Positions 27,601 through 30,429 of a DNA stretch of 30,429 nt are shown here, piece by piece. Both the position numbers and the translations under genes were made by a program. Origin of the DNA: an uncultured Alkaliphilus sp. (GTDB lineage: Bacteria > Bacillota > Clostridia > Peptostreptococcales > Natronincolaceae); NCBI GenBank assembly GCA_964406195.1, contig CAYOQX010000004.1:1-30429 (forward strand). The letters run 5' to 3'. Under the pieces are notes generated by a model, which saw nothing but the letters and a program-made list of their open reading frames with translations, was not told the DNA's origin and ran no database searches. Positions within the stretch are counted from its first letter, which is position 1; every line of letters starts with the position of its first letter.

Positions 27601-30429
27601 ACAACAACGAATTAATGTTTGAGGTACCATTCAAGGATTACGATGGCTACTATGATGTAACTATAATAAATCCAGACACAAAAAAAGATTCTAAAACAGG
27701 AGATAATGGTTTTTATTATTTTTCTAATCCACAAATTGTGCCCAAGATTACTGAAATAAAACCAAATGAGGGTTCTGTAAACGGGGAGTATTATATAGAT
27801 ATAATAGGTGATGATTTTGAAGAGTTTGCTGATGGTACAAAACCTACTGTTACAATAGGAGGAATAAATGTTGATGTTAATGATATAGAAGTTTCTCCAG
27901 ATGGCAAAAATCTAAGAGTTAAAGTGCCTAGATATCCGGGCAATCTTGAAAAGGAAACAGACATAGGCAAGAAAACAGTTGCGATAGTTGTTGTAAATCC
28001 AGGCGGTGGCAGTGCAAGCAAGGAAGATGGATTTACTTATATGATTCCAATAAGTTATCCTAAAATATATAATCTTGTATTGCCTAGGGGCTCGGCAGCG
28101 GGTGGTGAAAGTGTAATTATAGAAGGCTCGGATTTGAGGTTTTATGAACCATATGAGGATTTAAACAACAACGCACAGTGGGATGAAGGCGAACCATTTA
28201 GAAATTTAAATGATAATAAGAATGAAGATGATGGTAAACCAATATGGGATGATTTAAGATATTGGAGGAATGAAGGGCAAAAAGAAAAATATGAATATTT
28301 TTTAGAAAAAGAAAATGGTTGGAATGAGCTTATAAAACCTATATTGCCAAAAATATATTTTGGTGGAGAGCAGGTAGATATCATAAATTTTACAGCTAGC
28401 ACTATAGAAGTAGAAACACCTAAGGGTAGTAGAGGGCCTGTAGAGGTTTATTTGGTAAACAATGATTATGGAACATCTAACAAGGTTATATTTACTTACG
28501 AAACATTAAATCCTAGGATAAATACTATATTACCGGCAACAGGAAGAAAACAAGGCAATGAGAGGGTTGAAATAATAGGTGAAAATTTCAAGGAGAGCAA
28601 GGTTAATATAATAAGTTCCGAAAATTCTAAAAAAAATCAAACATTTCAGTTAGTTCAATTTGGTGACCTCAGGGATACTAACATTTCTAACAGGGATGTA
28701 TCTATAGATGCAATACAAAACTCAGGTAAAATAATGGATAACAAGTCCACAGTAAAAGTAGGTAATTTAACTGTAAAATATGATGCGACACAGGATGAAA
28801 AGAAACTGAATTTTATCATAGAAGAGGGTGTTGGTGAAAATAAAACAACCTATAAACTGGAAAATGTTGAATATGACGGTAGTGAAGTATTTTTACCGGT
28901 GAAATTTCTTAAAGATGATGATGGAAATAGTTATGATGGTTATGAATATGTGAGAATAATGTTAGAAAGGGTACCAGGGACCGGTACTATTAATAGACTT
29001 CGTGTAGACAGAGGTTTTTCTCCAAATGCTACATTAGAAAATCCGGCACATATAATTTTAAACACGCCAAGTTATTATTCCATAGGCGAGGTACCTATAA
29101 TCGTTACTAATCCTGATGGAGGTACGGCCACGGGAACTTTTGAATATGCAAATCCTGATAGTAATCCTAAAATTATTAATATAACAAGGGACGGACAACA
29201 GCCACAATTAGGGAACAATGGTGCTATTAAAATACTTACGGTTAATATAAAAGGTGGAAGCACAATTGTTGTTGAAGGTACTGATTTTAGGGATGTAGGG
29301 CTTATAGAAATAGGAAACATAGCTAAAATAGAACGTAAAGATATATTAGCAAATGAGTCTAACAGATTAGTATTTAAAATGCCAGAGGTTAATGAAAGTG
29401 TATTTATGTCACTACATACAGTATATGTAACAAATGAAGATAAAGCAACTGCTTCTTCAGAAGGGGCATCACCGCCAATATACATTCAGTTTATAAAAGG
29501 TGAGTCTAATCCTCATATAGATGAATTAGACCCTCCCAGAGGCCCTACTACAGGCGGGAATACTGTCACCATAATAGGTAAAGATTTCAGACAGGCTATG
29601 GAAGGGCACGAAGGAGGAAAACTCAGGGTATATTTCGACAATAAACAAGTTCCGGATAGCGATGTAACATTTATAGATTATAAAACTATTAAAGTCAAAG
29701 CACCCTCCGGAACCCCCGGGTCCGTAAAAGTTAAAGTAGAAAACCCGGATGGGGAAATATCTAATGAAGTAGACTATACTTATGCAAGCAGTCCCAGAAT
29801 AATATCCATAATCGATCCATTAGACAAAACCGAAAAATCAATAATTTCTACGGTATCTGTCGAAGGCGGAAATGAAATAAAACTAAAAGGTACAGGTTTT
29901 ATGCAGGGCGCTGAAGTGTACTTTGCTCCTAAGGTTACACCGGTTACAGGCAGCGAAGGAGGCACAGGAAAGATTATACACATAGAAGGCAAACCATATA
30001 CATTAGAAGTAGAGCCGGGCAGCCAAGGAGAAATTATTGACTTTAAAAATGAAGAAACCATAATTGTAAAAACACCTGCATTAAAAGCGGGAAGCAAGGG
30101 TGTAATTATAGTAAATCCGGATGACGGAGCAAGTCCGATATATACAAATTTAATTTATGGTTTACCGGAAATTGCGGCCCCTTCCTGGATAGCGGCGGAA
30201 TTGGTTTACGACAGATTTATCAGAGTACATTGGGGGGCGGTATCAGGTGCGGCTCAGTACGAAATATTTGTAGTAATAGATGATAGAACTACAGAATTAA
30301 TAGGTTCTACAGAACTTACTTCTTTCGCATACAGCGACTTAGAACCCAGAACGAGATATAAATTTGTTGTAAAAGCTGTAGGAGACTTTGGTTCTTCCAA
30401 ACCATCATTAGAGAGTAATACTGTAAGGA
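24687..30429 (+). CDS. Giant secreted IPT/TIG-repeat protein with an FN3 domain (>1914 aa, runs off the window; not in the ORF track)
   Basis: RBS AGGGGG, GTG 24687, signal peptide MKQLKKITSGVFKKVISIILVLIMVLGIMPLEGLFSYA; the same frame is open at the window end. About 9 clear IPT starts (EPKITSVVP, TPSISEIVP, DPRITDFNP, VPKITEIKP, YPKIYNL, NPRINTILP, NPKIINI, NPHIDELDP, SPRIISI), then FN3 (RVHWGAVSGAAQYEI...LEPRTRYKFVVKAV). Confidence 0.92.
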   Translation, partial: MKQLKKITSGVFKKVISIILVLIMVLGIMPLEGLFSYADDEPQINNIIVNKTYENPSELGTYYITLLGKNLDKASVRIIDSDGNLATPKKSSESTSNVAQYTYHAAEIGEKLFIGECFYSLGEEIMPRITSILNEKEDGKYKKASDNILGEGQDAILYGDEISNLKKNNNECTIKAYFVQSTTEIPIIDDDIKEEGFIEENGIEETITESNPIIRKNLGTSLGSYSLVFKQEIEEHGVNISIEHRYKNIVNKRGKLNITGNVSMFPTKGPAETLVTVTADTIESNISVFLMKKGEKYKYTKENMVLDDTIKHNKDNNKENISFVIPKGIKNDKYEIVFTNKVSTPDGDIDSQINKYKVLGNSDDEENFIPLEFIVVDGRSSVELRGIDPSCSSIKGTDAKIHGLNIIRISNNLYEGGRLDSSNIASDGVKELELTYKDGQYDGKKVDTITRRITVQIGSNAAIIGYQSVGGDVYDYLDIIVPEIDDMEKPKKDVIIIIEDKIEFEDETSVESVERDIIAGGFIYKEIDYEPKITSVVPSIISVDNSNKIAKDIVISITGENFLKYGYLEDGKLKIKTPEISINNQDGSNKWFDNENIRIYDKNGIKLEDKLEEQLGNIVKIKIKKGSDIPDAIIDTTVSLLKLQNPLAVESDGDRGASDTWDIKFVKVSSDKTPSISEIVPNIVTIDGEKDVKIIGDKFYPGVKIYIDGEEIKNIKRNETGTEIAFDAPPKPEGYYQIIVQNEEGGLVTYNDFLYVKTYTDPRITDFNPKKGTVGTLVTLTGENLLPPNPSVSELDGIGIHKIIGTRVLLGGKDINEYNLEDDRIILKDYVVSEDEGDNIDNIVEIKDGKLQLADYYHSIILQEKTGDNSDGSYYKIYFDTKLGKILLTDGDKNIYELLVKDSDIYGRKAGQNEQKLFIKDGEVTIGNGNDGNKKILVMKTPYKTSMVAEKTGNGEEVEKKKITGNRVKVLNNNELMFEVPFKDYDGYYDVTIINPDTKKDSKTGDNGFYYFSNPQIVPKITEIKPNEGSVNGEYYIDIIGDDFEEFADGTKPTVTIGGINVDVNDIEVSPDGKNLRVKVPRYPGNLEKETDIGKKTVAIVVVNPGGGSASKEDGFTYMIPISYPKIYNLVLPRGSAAGGESVIIEGSDLRFYEPYEDLNNNAQWDEGEPFRNLNDNKNEDDGKPIWDDLRYWRNEGQKEKYEYFLEKENGWNELIKPILPKIYFGGEQVDIINFTASTIEVETPKGSRGPVEVYLVNNDYGTSNKVIFTYETLNPRINTILPATGRKQGNERVEIIGENFKESKVNIISSENSKKNQTFQLVQFGDLRDTNISNRDVSIDAIQNSGKIMDNKSTVKVGNLTVKYDATQDEKKLNFIIEEGVGENKTTYKLENVEYDGSEVFLPVKFLKDDDGNSYDGYEYVRIMLERVPGTGTINRLRVDRGFSPNATLENPAHIILNTPSYYSIGEVPIIVTNPDGGTATGTFEYANPDSNPKIINITRDGQQPQLGNNGAIKILTVNIKGGSTIVVEGTDFRDVGLIEIGNIAKIERKDILANESNRLVFKMPEVNESVFMSLHTVYVTNEDKATASSEGASPPIYIQFIKGESNPHIDELDPPRGPTTGGNTVTIIGKDFRQAMEGHEGGKLRVYFDNKQVPDSDVTFIDYKTIKVKAPSGTPGSVKVKVENPDGEISNEVDYTYASSPRIISIIDPLDKTEKSIISTVSVEGGNEIKLKGTGFMQGAEVYFAPKVTPVTGSEGGTGKIIHIEGKPYTLEVEPGSQGEIIDFKNEETIIVKTPALKAGSKGVIIVNPDDGASPIYTNLIYGLPEIAAPSWIAAELVYDRFIRVHWGAVSGAAQYEIFVVIDDRTTELIGSTELTSFAYSDLEPRTRYKFVVKAVGDFGSSKPSLESNTVR

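Noticed and set aside
582-30097. Numerous short antisense or alternate-frame ORFs over long genes
   Set aside because: Ser/Ile/Phe-rich shadow translations of AT-rich coding strands, with no RBS or domain evidence.

Overview
AT-rich DNA from a low-GC Firmicute (Clostridia/Tissierellia-like; inferred from signal peptides, stalk, Ig and IPT/TIG surface proteins, and sigmaA/sigma28 promoters). From left to right: (1) a deleted, frameshifted comM/yifB relic running off the left edge; (2) RND system 1 (marR, TolC-family OMF, lipoprotein MFP, RND permease); (3) a GDPD-superfamily gene; (4) RND system 2 (divergent OMF, then MFP, RND permease, tetR); (5) a cell-surface gene cluster: a small Cys-rich protein, a copper-amine-oxidase-N-terminal (stalk) domain protein, a deletion-riddled 2-kb relic of the downstream 1497-aa gene, a split Ig-like gene, the 1497-aa Ig-repeat protein, and a >1900-aa IPT/TIG-repeat + FN3 protein (24687 to the window end) that is missing from the ORF track. 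A REP-like palindrome family (GTCATYCTGA...GAAGRATCT) recurs in the intergenic regions. The most interesting observations: one inverted doublet of that repeat sits in-frame inside the second RND permease; both TolC-family proteins appear to lack beta-barrel strands; RND1 lacks the TM4 proton-relay aspartates; and a duplicated sigma28 promoter module with a conserved upstream box lies in the surface cluster. All calls were made by eye, with no database searches.
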